Assembly (NCBI GenBank): GCA_963811165.1
Contig: CAWEQH010000004.1
Span: forward strand, 815,070-879,069
Source: an uncultured Nitrospiraceae bacterium
Lineage (GTDB): Bacteria > Nitrospirota > Thermodesulfovibrionia > Thermodesulfovibrionales > UBA6898
DNA: 64,000 bases
Direction: 5' to 3'
Numbering within the stretch: position 1 is the first letter of the stretch; each line of letters begins with the position of its first letter. The notes beneath the pieces are model-generated. The model was not told the DNA's origin, made no database searches, and saw only the letters and a list, made by a program, of their open reading frames with translations. This document shows positions 10,554 to 19,858 of this stretch, in pieces. A program made the translations under genes and the position numbers.

Positions 10554-11594
10554 ATGGAGCATTTAAAAGTTTTTGAAGGGAAGACTGTCCTCGTAACCGG
10601 AGGAGCTGGTGCTATCGGAAGCAACTTGACCGCTGCTCTTTCCGATGCTAAGGCCGCTAAGATCATCGTCTTGGATGACCTTTCGTCAGCAGAAAGGTGG
10701 AACATACCTTCACGGTCGAATGTGCTCTTCGTGGAGGGAAGCATATTAAATGAGGTCTTGCTGAAAAGAGTTTTCATGGAACGGCCGGAATATGTATTTC
10801 ACCTTGCCGCCTTTTTTGCAAATCAAAATTCCGTTGACCATCCTGAACTGGACCTTATGACCAATGGACTTGGCACGCTGAAAATTCTGCAATACGCCGT
10901 TATGAATGGCGTGAAGAGAGTGGTTTATGCTTCTTCAGGTTGCGCTATTTACGGCAGCGATGCACCTCTCCCCTTGACGGAAGAATTTACATCTATGAAC
11001 CTAAGTTCGCCGTATCAGATTACCAAGATGCTCGGCGAGCTCTACGGCAACTTTTTTAGAAATCATTATAATCTTCCGGTTGTAAAAGCGAGATTCTTTA
11101 ATTCCTACGGACCCGGCGAGGTGCCCGGTCAGTATAGAAACGTTATCCCCAATTTCATTTACTGGGCACTTCAAGGAAGAGCTCTGCCCATAACCGGAAC
11201 CGGTGAGGAGACAAGAGACTTTACGTTTGTCGGTGATCTCCTGGATGGAATCCTGCGGGGGGCATATTACAATGAGGCAATCGGTGAGGAATTTAACCTT
11301 GCGTCGGGTCGCGAAACGAGAATTATCGATCTCGCAAATATGATCAATAGCTTAACTGGCAATACCGCAGGGATTAGTTTTACGCAGCGAAGAAAGTGGG
11401 ATACCAAAAGCAGATTGTTGGCTTCGACAAGCAAAGCTTTCAGACTGATGGGATACGAACCCAAGATGGATTTTGAGCAGGGGTTAAGAAGGACTATCGA
11501 CTGGTTTAAACAGAACTGGTCAGACATTGAGAAGGCGGCTCGATTCGCTCCCGGCATGTCTGCAGCCGTCACGGGATATTCTGCAAAGTCGTGA
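10554..11594 (+). CDS. NAD-dependent nucleotide-sugar epimerase/dehydratase (extended SDR)
   Basis: TGGAGAIG, YQITK (YxxxK), FNSYGPG, TRDFTFV; GGAGG RBS. Confidence 0.92.
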   Translation: MEHLKVFEGKTVLVTGGAGAIGSNLTAALSDAKAAKIIVLDDLSSAERWNIPSRSNVLFVEGSILNEVLLKRVFMERPEYVFHLAAFFANQNSVDHPELDLMTNGLGTLKILQYAVMNGVKRVVYASSGCAIYGSDAPLPLTEEFTSMNLSSPYQITKMLGELYGNFFRNHYNLPVVKARFFNSYGPGEVPGQYRNVIPNFIYWALQGRALPITGTGEETRDFTFVGDLLDGILRGAYYNEAIGEEFNLASGRETRIIDLANMINSLTGNTAGISFTQRRKWDTKSRLLASTSKAFRLMGYEPKMDFEQGLRRTIDWFKQNWSDIEKAARFAPGMSAAVTGYSAKS

Positions 11595-11742
11595 GAGAAG
11601 TGGTATCAAAAAAGAATGCTGACAGTGCAGGAGATACAAAAGAGTTATCGGTTGAAAGGAGGGGACCCGGCGGGAAGGTTGGCCGCGAGCTCTGCCAAAT
11701 AAAGCTCTTGCGTTTGGCTATAATCAACTGCCGGCGGTTACC

Positions 11743-12849
11743 ATGAAGAAGGTACTCATCATTTTTGGGACACGGCCAGAAGCTATAAAGATGGCTCCTG
11801 TCATAAAGGAATTAGAAAGGGTTAACAATTGTTTTAGGGTTCTTACCTGCGTGACCGCTCAGCATCGCAAAATGCTCGACCAGGTACTATCACTATTCAA
11901 TATTCATCCTGATTTTGACTTGAATCTAATGGAGCGCAACCAGACTCTCGGAAATTTAACAGCGAAAGCTGTCACAAGCATCGTAGATGTGTTGAGCAGG
12001 ATTACCCCTGACATTGTCTTGGTTCAAGGAGATACAACAACCGCAATGGCTGCCGGCTTGGCAAGCTTTTATCAAAAAATTCCGGTTGGACATGTCGAAG
12101 CCGGTTTGAGGACCTCTGACCGGTACAATCCATTCCCTGAAGAGATTAATCGTAGGATTTTAGGCACGTTAAGCAGTTATCACTTTTGTCCCACGCAGAG
12201 GACCGTCGACGCCTTGGTGAGAGAAGGCTTTATCAAAGAAAATATCTACTTGACCGGGAATACAGTTATAGATGCCCTTTTCATGACACTCTCTAAAAAC
12301 GGGAAAGTATCCTCAAACATATCCCTCAATGGCAAGAAAGTTATTCTTGTTACTGCACATCGGAGGGAGAACTTCGGTAAACCAATAGAAAACATTTGCG
12401 CTGCTTTAAAGGTGATCGCGGGTCTGCACGACGATGTTCAGATCTTTTATCCCGTTCATCCAAATCCCAATATCTATGATCCTGTCTATCGAATATTGTC
12501 CGATGTAAAGGGTATCCACTTGCTCGATCCGCTTGAATATGAACAATGCGTACATCTTATGAAGGAAGCATATATTATTCTCACCGATTCCGGGGGGATA
12601 CAGGAAGAAGCTCCCTCACTGGGCATCCCTGTCTTAGTGATGCGTGAAACTACCGAGCGTCCCGAGGCCATTGAAGCGGGTGTAGGAAGATTGGTTGGTA
12701 CTCAAACTTTAAATATCGTATCCCAGGTAGAAAGACTCCTAAGTTCTAAAAGCGAGTATCGGGAAATGGCGCGGTCAATTAATCCATATGGTGATGGAAG
12801 AGCGGCAGAGAGGATTGTGAAGATTTTGAAGGAGCGTCTGGACGCCTGA
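11743..12849 (+). CDS. wecB: UDP-N-acetylglucosamine 2-epimerase (non-hydrolysing)
   Basis: FGTRPEAIKMAP, HVEAGLR, PFPEEINR, TDSGGIQEEAP, NPYGDG. Confidence 0.95.
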   Translation: MKKVLIIFGTRPEAIKMAPVIKELERVNNCFRVLTCVTAQHRKMLDQVLSLFNIHPDFDLNLMERNQTLGNLTAKAVTSIVDVLSRITPDIVLVQGDTTTAMAAGLASFYQKIPVGHVEAGLRTSDRYNPFPEEINRRILGTLSSYHFCPTQRTVDALVREGFIKENIYLTGNTVIDALFMTLSKNGKVSSNISLNGKKVILVTAHRRENFGKPIENICAALKVIAGLHDDVQIFYPVHPNPNIYDPVYRILSDVKGIHLLDPLEYEQCVHLMKEAYIILTDSGGIQEEAPSLGIPVLVMRETTERPEAIEAGVGRLVGTQTLNIVSQVERLLSSKSEYREMARSINPYGDGRAAERIVKILKERLDA

Positions 12850-12983
12850 CAATAGTGAAGGAAATGATTTGTCGCGAAAGTGGGATTAATATAATCAAGT
12901 AAGGCCCGCATGACAACTGGCCGAACTCTCAACGCCGAATCACACAAATATAGTATGTATAGCTTAGTGGGGGAAAAGATATT

Positions 12984-14222
12984 ATGAAGATACTTTTTGT
13001 TATGGAAGATTCTATACCCAGAGACATGGGATGTCCTGTTCGCAACAAATATCTTATGGAGAATCTTAAAGAAATGGGGCTGGACGTGCTTGGGCTAACA
13101 TCTCCCTTCATGGAATTACTTCCCGGAGAACTCGGTAAAGGGTGGGAGATAATCAATGACATACGCTATCATAGAAGTCAATATTTGAATTCCATCAAGA
13201 ATGTCTCAAATCCCATTTTGCGGTGGGCAAAACGCGTTCCGATGTTCACAAAATACTGTAAACTGCTTGAAGCGATATGCCTGCAGGAAAAACCAGATAT
13301 TATCCATTCAATTACTTCTTATTTCAACGGTAATGCGGCCAACAGGATTGGAATGAAACTGAATATCCCTCGACTGTACGAAGTAAGGTCTGTTGCCGGG
13401 TCTGCTGCCGCTGTGATCGACGGTAAGTCATACAACTCCTTCAAATATCAAACTGTTTGGAGACTTGACAAAAAAGCTATGTTGTCGGCGACGCGGGTGG
13501 CCCCGTTGTCTGAGGCTTTAAAAAAGGAACTTGTCGGGCGCGGAATCCCCGAGGATAAGATGGATGTGGTTCATAACGCTATAGATGTCGATAAGTTCAC
13601 TCCACAAGAACGGTCGGCAGTACTTGTCCAAAGATATAATTTGCACAATAAAACGGTCATAGGATTTATAGGGTCCACGCGCAAGATCGAAGGACTTTCT
13701 CTTTTAATAAAAGCGGCGCCGCAAATTACGAGGCGGTGCACGGATGTCGTATTTCTAATTATCGGCGATGGCGACGATCTGGAAAACTTGAAGAAATTGT
13801 CTCATCAGCTTGGCGTTGCAAGTTCATTTATTTTTGCGGGCAGAATACCACACGATAAAATACATCAATATTATTCCGTAATAGATATTTTTACTATTCC
13901 CAGAATTGATGCATTAGTGAATCAGACAGTGACGCCGCTGAAACCTCTCGAAGCGATGGCGACCGAGAAAGTTGTCCTGGCAAGCGACGTAGGCGGACTT
14001 GCAGAGGCGATACAACCGGGAAAGACAGGTATCCTGTTTAAGGCAGACGATGTATCGGATCTGGCCGCGAAAGTTATCGATCTGGCACAGGACAAACAGA
14101 AGCGGCTCGTTATCGGGAAAGCTGCCAGAGAATGGATTATCAAGAATAGACAATGGAAAGATATGATGAAACTCTATATGCACATTTATGAGAAAACATT
14201 TGATCAAGCAAGAAATGGTTAG
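12984..14222 (+). CDS. GT4 glycosyltransferase, resembling exosortase/PEP-CTERM-EPS-associated GT4s
   Basis: YEVR, GFIGS..KIEG, VTPLKPLEAMA, ASDVGG motifs. Confidence 0.85.
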   Translation: MKILFVMEDSIPRDMGCPVRNKYLMENLKEMGLDVLGLTSPFMELLPGELGKGWEIINDIRYHRSQYLNSIKNVSNPILRWAKRVPMFTKYCKLLEAICLQEKPDIIHSITSYFNGNAANRIGMKLNIPRLYEVRSVAGSAAAVIDGKSYNSFKYQTVWRLDKKAMLSATRVAPLSEALKKELVGRGIPEDKMDVVHNAIDVDKFTPQERSAVLVQRYNLHNKTVIGFIGSTRKIEGLSLLIKAAPQITRRCTDVVFLIIGDGDDLENLKKLSHQLGVASSFIFAGRIPHDKIHQYYSVIDIFTIPRIDALVNQTVTPLKPLEAMATEKVVLASDVGGLAEAIQPGKTGILFKADDVSDLAAKVIDLAQDKQKRLVIGKAAREWIIKNRQWKDMMKLYMHIYEKTFDQARNG

Positions 14223-14258
14223 CTTTCCTCATAATGATTCATTGACATAAGAGAATTA

Positions 14259-15032
14259 ATGGGGCAAGCAATGAACATGAAAGCGATACTTGTTATAAAT
14301 GCGGATGATTTTGGAAAGGATGACTTAGTGGACCAAACTATACTTTCCAATCTATGTTCGGGTAGGGTAACGTCAGCATCGATAATGCCAAATGGCGAAT
14401 CGTTTCAAAAGGCTTGTGAAATGGTTCAGACAAAAAATATAGCAAACAGAATTGGAGTTCATCTTACCCTTGACGAAGGAGTCCCCTTGTCAGAGAAAAT
14501 GAAAGGATTCACTAATATTCGGGGGGAGATGTGTCTCAAAAGGAAGCTATTCATTAATAACCGCGACTTGTTGGCGGCAGTCTATTGTGAACTGCGCGCC
14601 CAGATAGAGCATGTCATTAAGCACGGTATAATCCCGTCTCATCTGGATTCTCACCGACATTTCCACGTAGTATTTCCCATTTCAAGAATTGTGATTGCAC
14701 TCGCAAAAGAATTTGGAATCCCCTATGTGAGGATTGCGCGTAATGTAGCATGCAACTACGATATTCCGGCACGCCTATATAAGTTACTATTCAATATTTA
14801 TCTTGCGAGCCGGATCAGGACGACAGACCACTTCACTGACCTTTTTGACTTTTATGAAGGGTTTAAGGATAGATGTGTTATTAGAGGAACAATTGAGTGT
14901 ATGTGCCATCTTGATGCATCTGAAAGAGGAGTAAGAGATCAAGCATTATTGCGGAGTTTGCCTTTTGAACAGTTTATATCTAACTACGAACTCATTAGTT
15001 ATGCTATGTTGAGTAAGTATGAGACATTGTAA
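14259..15032 (+). CDS. ChbG/YdjC/HpnK family carbohydrate deacetylase
   Basis: INADDFG, GVHLTL, SHLDSHRHFH, ECMCH motifs. Confidence 0.88.
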   Translation: MGQAMNMKAILVINADDFGKDDLVDQTILSNLCSGRVTSASIMPNGESFQKACEMVQTKNIANRIGVHLTLDEGVPLSEKMKGFTNIRGEMCLKRKLFINNRDLLAAVYCELRAQIEHVIKHGIIPSHLDSHRHFHVVFPISRIVIALAKEFGIPYVRIARNVACNYDIPARLYKLLFNIYLASRIRTTDHFTDLFDFYEGFKDRCVIRGTIECMCHLDASERGVRDQALLRSLPFEQFISNYELISYAMLSKYETL

Positions 15033-15080
15033 TAAAGCACCTCTGCTAAGTGGCGATGTTTTAGTGTAAATGAGAAACAT

Positions 15081-16247
15081 ATGCCGAAAGAATTAGATCA
15101 GACAAGAATAACAATCATTAGTGCTGTTCATGCGTGGAATGATACGAGAATTTTTTTTAAAGAGGCGATCTCCCTCGCAAAAAAAAATTACACAGTCATT
15201 TTGATAGGGATGTCAGATGAAAAAAATATATTGTATCGGAATGGCATCAAGGTCTATACGCTGAAAAGAAAACGGAGACATATTCGTTGGGTTAATTGGA
15301 TTCCAATAATAAAAATAGTATTAAGAGAAAAAAGTGAGATGATTCATTTCCACGACCCGGAACTCATCTTTGTCGGCATGATCTTGAAACTATGCAATAA
15401 AAAAGTGATTTTTGATATTCATGAAGACTTTGCGAAACAAATTGGCGACAAGGAATGGCTCCCAAAATATATAAGAAAGGTATTTTCTAAAGTTTATAAA
15501 CATATCGAAAAGTATTTGCCAAAGATATTTGATAAAATTATTTTGGCAGAGGATTCTTATCGTCATAATTTTAGCAAATCAAATAATATTTCTATCATTC
15601 ATAACTTTCCCAGAATACCCTCTTTATATAAAAAAGACTACAACTCAAGTATATTTAAAATGATTTATGTTGGTGATATTAGAATAATTAGAGGAATTAA
15701 TGAGTATATTAATATTTTAGAAATGGCATTAAGGAATTCGTTAGATGTGCAACTCTTAATCGTTGGGAGCTTTGCAGAAAAAAATCTTGAATTGCAGGTG
15801 AAAGAAGTAATAAAAGAAAAAGGACTTGTAAACAATATAAAATTATTCGGCCGCATACCCAATGAAGAGATATATTCCATATTAATGAATTGTGAAATAG
15901 GTTTAGCTTTATTACATCCCGTGCAAAATTATTTAAATTCCTATCCAACTAAAATATTTGAATATATGTCTGTTGGATTACCGGTGTTGGCCTCCAATTT
16001 TAAATTATGGAAAAACATAATTTTGGAGAACGAATGTGGCAAATGCGTCAACCCGCTGATTATCAATGAATCCTACGAAGTAATTAGAGACTATTATTTT
16101 TCAGAAGATTTGCGGAGAAAACATGGCATGAATGGTCAAATTGCAGTGAGAATGAAATATAATTGGGGAAATGAAGAGAAATTGCTGTACGAGGCTTATG
16201 ATAACCTAAAATTAAAAAAAAATAATTTTCTTTTCACTGTTTTTTAA
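15081..16247 (+). CDS. GT4 family glycosyltransferase (AT-rich gene)
   Basis: HAWNDTRIF, HFHDPEL, DIHED, PTKIFEYM motifs. Confidence 0.88.
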   Translation: MPKELDQTRITIISAVHAWNDTRIFFKEAISLAKKNYTVILIGMSDEKNILYRNGIKVYTLKRKRRHIRWVNWIPIIKIVLREKSEMIHFHDPELIFVGMILKLCNKKVIFDIHEDFAKQIGDKEWLPKYIRKVFSKVYKHIEKYLPKIFDKIILAEDSYRHNFSKSNNISIIHNFPRIPSLYKKDYNSSIFKMIYVGDIRIIRGINEYINILEMALRNSLDVQLLIVGSFAEKNLELQVKEVIKEKGLVNNIKLFGRIPNEEIYSILMNCEIGLALLHPVQNYLNSYPTKIFEYMSVGLPVLASNFKLWKNIILENECGKCVNPLIINESYEVIRDYYFSEDLRRKHGMNGQIAVRMKYNWGNEEKLLYEAYDNLKLKKNNFLFTVF

Positions 16248-16366
16248 ATAGTTCTTTTGATAGACTAGCACATAGTGACGTAATTAAGCGAATCTTGCAG
16301 CATTGTTATGTTTGAATATATTCTCTTGTTTTGAATTTTTTGAAGAAGAATATTGAGTACAAATTG

Positions 16367-16409
16367 GGTGATGCAAATCACAGTAACTTTGGCTCTTTTT
16401 CCATAAGAT
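16367..16409 (+). promoter_or_regulatory. Crp-family box (GGTGA-TGCAAA-TCACA, 16367-16382) with -10 TAAGAT (16404-16409), class II geometry
   Basis: Box centre is 29.5 nt before the -10 hexamer, same as at 23693 and 25792. Confidence 0.7.
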
Positions 16410-16477
16410 TTAACATGGAGAGTTGTTAAAGATTGTGACGATACGATGAATGTCACTCATGGAAAGGAATTTACATA

Positions 16478-17980
16478 ATGAAAGTAGAAATTAGTGGTGG
16501 TGTAATGTCAAGAGTCTTGCTTTTGTGTCTTTCAATTTTTTTCCATTTGAACGCATTAAATCCTGCAAACGCCCAGACCACTGGAGGGGTGAACTGGCTT
16601 GATCCACTTCAATATACAAAACCTCAGTTTATTCCTTTAACTGTGCCTGATGAGGCAACCTGCCCGAACAAGTATTATGTTGACCATGTGAACGGGTCGG
16701 GTAGTACCTGTTCACAGGCTTCACCTTGTAAAACTGTTCAGACTGTTTGCGGGAAGACTGGTACAACGGGAGGCCCTGCCTATATTTACGTTAAGGGGAA
16801 CACTAATAATTTCACTATAAACGGGACGTGTTATGGTTCGGCGGGTAATGAGATAGTGATAAAACCATGGCCTACTGATACTACATCAGTTTATACTTTC
16901 ACTGGAACAGCTTCAAGTACATGGAATATCATAGGTGTTTGGGATGGAGGGACAACAACCGTTCACCACATAATAATAGATGGTGGGCCAAATCTTCAGT
17001 TTGAATGGATTAATTTGGGTTCGGACTACAACAATTCTACTGCTTTGGTCATAGGTGCAAGTAATATTACGATAGCAAGAACAAGAATAAGATTCCCGTC
17101 CGCTCCTGGAGCTGGTATCAGTCCTTGCACAACCTATAGTAAGGACTGGGTGTGTGATAGCGTCAAGATAATTAACAATGAGTTTTATGATGGTATGCAT
17201 CAGGCTCAAGGGTCTGTTAATGAACAGAATTATGGGATATATGCGGGCAATCTGGGGCCGTGTGGTGCGAATATAGGACAGATAACGAATCTGTATATCC
17301 AGAATAATATCTTCCATAACTTAGGTTCGTTGGGTATACAAGTGGAACCGAGGAAGTCAACTAATGGGGCTTATATATCAGGAAATGCCTTCCATGATTT
17401 AGGAATGTTATCCTGCGGAAGCCAATGGAATTGCCGACCAGCAATATCTATTGCCGATTCCTGTGGTGCAAACAATACAAATATCAATATCTATAACAAT
17501 CTTATGTGGAATATCGCTGATGCCTGTATATGGGCTTTCGGTACTACTGGTTATGTCTACAATAACACTTGCTATAATTACGCTCAAGGAACAAGTGGGG
17601 GTAATGGTATTCAATTTAATGATTTTGTTGCAGGATATGGTGGATCGTTGGGTGGTGTAACTGTTGAAAATAATATTGCTTATAAATCCGGTGGAGGATG
17701 GTTAAATGGAACTCCAAAAGCACAAAGTAATAATATTTGTGCTTCAGGGTGTCCTATAACATGGAACTCTAATACAGTTCTCTCTACAGACCAGACTAGT
17801 TCAAACTTTCTCAAGATTGGACCTAATTCTAATGCGGTGAATCAAGGGGTCAATGTTGGCATCCTAACGGCCTACAATGGTGCCTCAAGACTCAATCTAA
17901 ATGGTGCTTATGACATCGGAGCTTTTGCATACAGGCTGGACAATGAACCAGAACCACCATTTATTCAGAATATACAATAG
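16478..17980 (+). CDS. Secreted right-handed parallel beta-helix protein (pectate-lyase-like fold)
   Basis: Signal peptide (alternative start 16505, ...NPANA|Q); repeated I.NN.F/IYNN/VYNNT strands; YDIGAF motif near C-terminus. Confidence 0.75.
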   Translation: MKVEISGGVMSRVLLLCLSIFFHLNALNPANAQTTGGVNWLDPLQYTKPQFIPLTVPDEATCPNKYYVDHVNGSGSTCSQASPCKTVQTVCGKTGTTGGPAYIYVKGNTNNFTINGTCYGSAGNEIVIKPWPTDTTSVYTFTGTASSTWNIIGVWDGGTTTVHHIIIDGGPNLQFEWINLGSDYNNSTALVIGASNITIARTRIRFPSAPGAGISPCTTYSKDWVCDSVKIINNEFYDGMHQAQGSVNEQNYGIYAGNLGPCGANIGQITNLYIQNNIFHNLGSLGIQVEPRKSTNGAYISGNAFHDLGMLSCGSQWNCRPAISIADSCGANNTNINIYNNLMWNIADACIWAFGTTGYVYNNTCYNYAQGTSGGNGIQFNDFVAGYGGSLGGVTVENNIAYKSGGGWLNGTPKAQSNNICASGCPITWNSNTVLSTDQTSSNFLKIGPNSNAVNQGVNVGILTAYNGASRLNLNGAYDIGAFAYRLDNEPEPPFIQNIQ

Positions 17981-18005
17981 ATCCGTCTATACATAATCAG
18001 AGTCG

Positions 18006-18033
18006 GAAGGGGCTTTAGCATAAAAGCCCCTTC
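18006..18033 (+). terminator. Stem-loop after beta-helix gene (probable terminator)
   Basis: GAAGGGGCTTT/AAAGCCCCTTC 11-bp stem; U-tract weak. Confidence 0.55.
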
Positions 18034-18250
18034 GCCGGCTGAAAATTCTCTAGTACATCTCTAAGAAAAAGGCTTAAAGAGAGGTCCTGTTAAACAGTGT
18101 TTCGGCCTTTAAGATTTTAGGTCCACAGGCGCCCGCCTGACATTAATGAAGCTATCTCCTCCCTGGCGGATTTCTGAAAGAAACCCATTAACTCCCTAAA
18201 AAAATGTTCTGATGCATGACGACTTTCTTTAAAGAACGCCATCCAGTAAT

Positions 18251-19093
18251 GTGAATAAGAAGAGGTTTGTTTCTCGGGGATGCACCGTAATTATTTCTCT
18301 TTTTCTGGTATTCATTATTTACGGTGTCCGGATCGAGCCGTACCAACTGGAAGTTCATCACGTACGGATACGGGATAAATATTTAGGAAAAGTTCTCGGA
18401 CAGAAAGTTGTTATACAACTTTCCGACCTTCATATAGGCAAGATCGGAAGGCGCGAACAGGCGGTTCTCAGGATCTTAGGTGAACTCAAACCAGATTTCA
18501 TTTTTCTGACCGGCGATTATGTACAATGGGACGGAGATTATAAGGCTGCCTTAATTTTCCTGTCTCATTTGAAGGCTACCATGGGTATCTGGGCTGTGAT
18601 GGGTGATTATGATTACAGCCGTTCCCGGCAGAGTTGTTTCTTTTGTCACGAAGAGGGAACGGGGACCCCTTCCCGGCGCCATATGGTGAAGTTTTTAAGA
18701 AATACGGTCGAACAAGTCAATCTTCCAGGTGGGCCTCTTTTTGTCGGGGGTGTAGACGTGACGGGGGAGGGTGACCTTTCATCTCCCGGAGGCTCTTTTT
18801 TGCAGGAAGTGAAAGGGCCTGCCATCATCCTCAGTCACAATCCCCTGTCATTCAAGTTTTTGAATGACAGTCAGAATGTGCTTATGCTTGCGGGTGACAC
18901 TCACGGAGGGCAGATACCACTGCCGGCGTGGTTATTCGGGATATTGGGACACGAAAAGAATGCCCGCTATAGCCAGGGACTTTTTGAAGTACGTCAGAAA
19001 AAGATGTTCGTAAGCCGTGGGATCGGCACAAGTCATCTCCCCATCCGCATCTTCAGACGACCCGAGGTTGTGATATTGCATTTCCAGCAATAG
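18251..19093 (+). CDS. YkuE-like metallophosphoesterase with altered motifs and a CxxCH
   Basis: SDLH, TGD, GDYD (for GNHD), SHNP, GDTHGGQ (for GHTHGGQ), VSRGIG; N-terminal TM. Confidence 0.8.
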   Translation: MNKKRFVSRGCTVIISLFLVFIIYGVRIEPYQLEVHHVRIRDKYLGKVLGQKVVIQLSDLHIGKIGRREQAVLRILGELKPDFIFLTGDYVQWDGDYKAALIFLSHLKATMGIWAVMGDYDYSRSRQSCFFCHEEGTGTPSRRHMVKFLRNTVEQVNLPGGPLFVGGVDVTGEGDLSSPGGSFLQEVKGPAIILSHNPLSFKFLNDSQNVLMLAGDTHGGQIPLPAWLFGILGHEKNARYSQGLFEVRQKKMFVSRGIGTSHLPIRIFRRPEVVILHFQQ

Positions 19094-19118
19094 ATTTTGG
19101 AACAGGGACAAGAAATTA

Positions 19119-19670
19119 ATGAGGAGCCCACTATGGAGCTTCGGGTTGATTATGATTTTTTCCGTATTACTGCTGCACTGTCATGGAGCCAGCCCAAAGG
19201 AGCTTGTACTCTTTGATTTTGAATCCGATTCGGAATTGGATCAGCTTGAGTGGAAATGTCATACCCTGTATTCCTTGTCGGATGAACATTTGACCCATGG
19301 CCGCAAATCACTAAGAATAGAACTCTACCCTTCCGATTATCCAGGGTTAACTCCCATTCTCAAAGAGAATGACTGGAGCGGCTACGGAGCGCTCTGTTTC
19401 GATGCCTACAATCCTCAAAAAAGCGTCTTACCGATGATCGTAAGGATCGACGATCAGAGACAATATTCCATCTATGAAGACCGGTTTAATAAAAAAGTTC
19501 CGCTTCGGCCCGGTATGAATCACATCAGCATACCACTGAACACGCTTTTGACTTCGGGAACGAGGAGAAGACTGAATGTGACAAGTATTTCGAGGGTTTT
19601 ATTTTTTTTGCCGCATCCTTCTGAACGGATAGTTCTCTATCTGGACTATCTAAGACTTTCAAGTAGGTAA
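19119..19670 (+). CDS. Exported carbohydrate-binding-module-like protein
   Basis: Signal/lipoprotein-like N-terminus; LFDFE, DWSGY..L.FD.YNP, VRIDD, YLDYLRL pattern of CBM11-like beta-sandwiches. Confidence 0.55.
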   Translation: MRSPLWSFGLIMIFSVLLLHCHGASPKELVLFDFESDSELDQLEWKCHTLYSLSDEHLTHGRKSLRIELYPSDYPGLTPILKENDWSGYGALCFDAYNPQKSVLPMIVRIDDQRQYSIYEDRFNKKVPLRPGMNHISIPLNTLLTSGTRRRLNVTSISRVLFFLPHPSERIVLYLDYLRLSSR

Positions 19671-19858
19671 TAGAAGATCCTCATTCTCATCTTTGATATC
19701 AACATCAAGAAGTTATTGATAATTTTACCAAAAGAGCCTATGCGTGATTTTTTGGAGATGAACAGAAGAATCATTTTGTACGGCGAGGTTTGCGTCTGTG
19801 CGAATTGACTCGAAAACAAAATTGCTGATATGAGACCGAAAAGACCTTTTTGTTTAAT

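Noticed and set aside
17945..17980. PEP-CTERM signal in EPEPPFIQNIQ
   Set aside because: No following transmembrane helix or basic cluster
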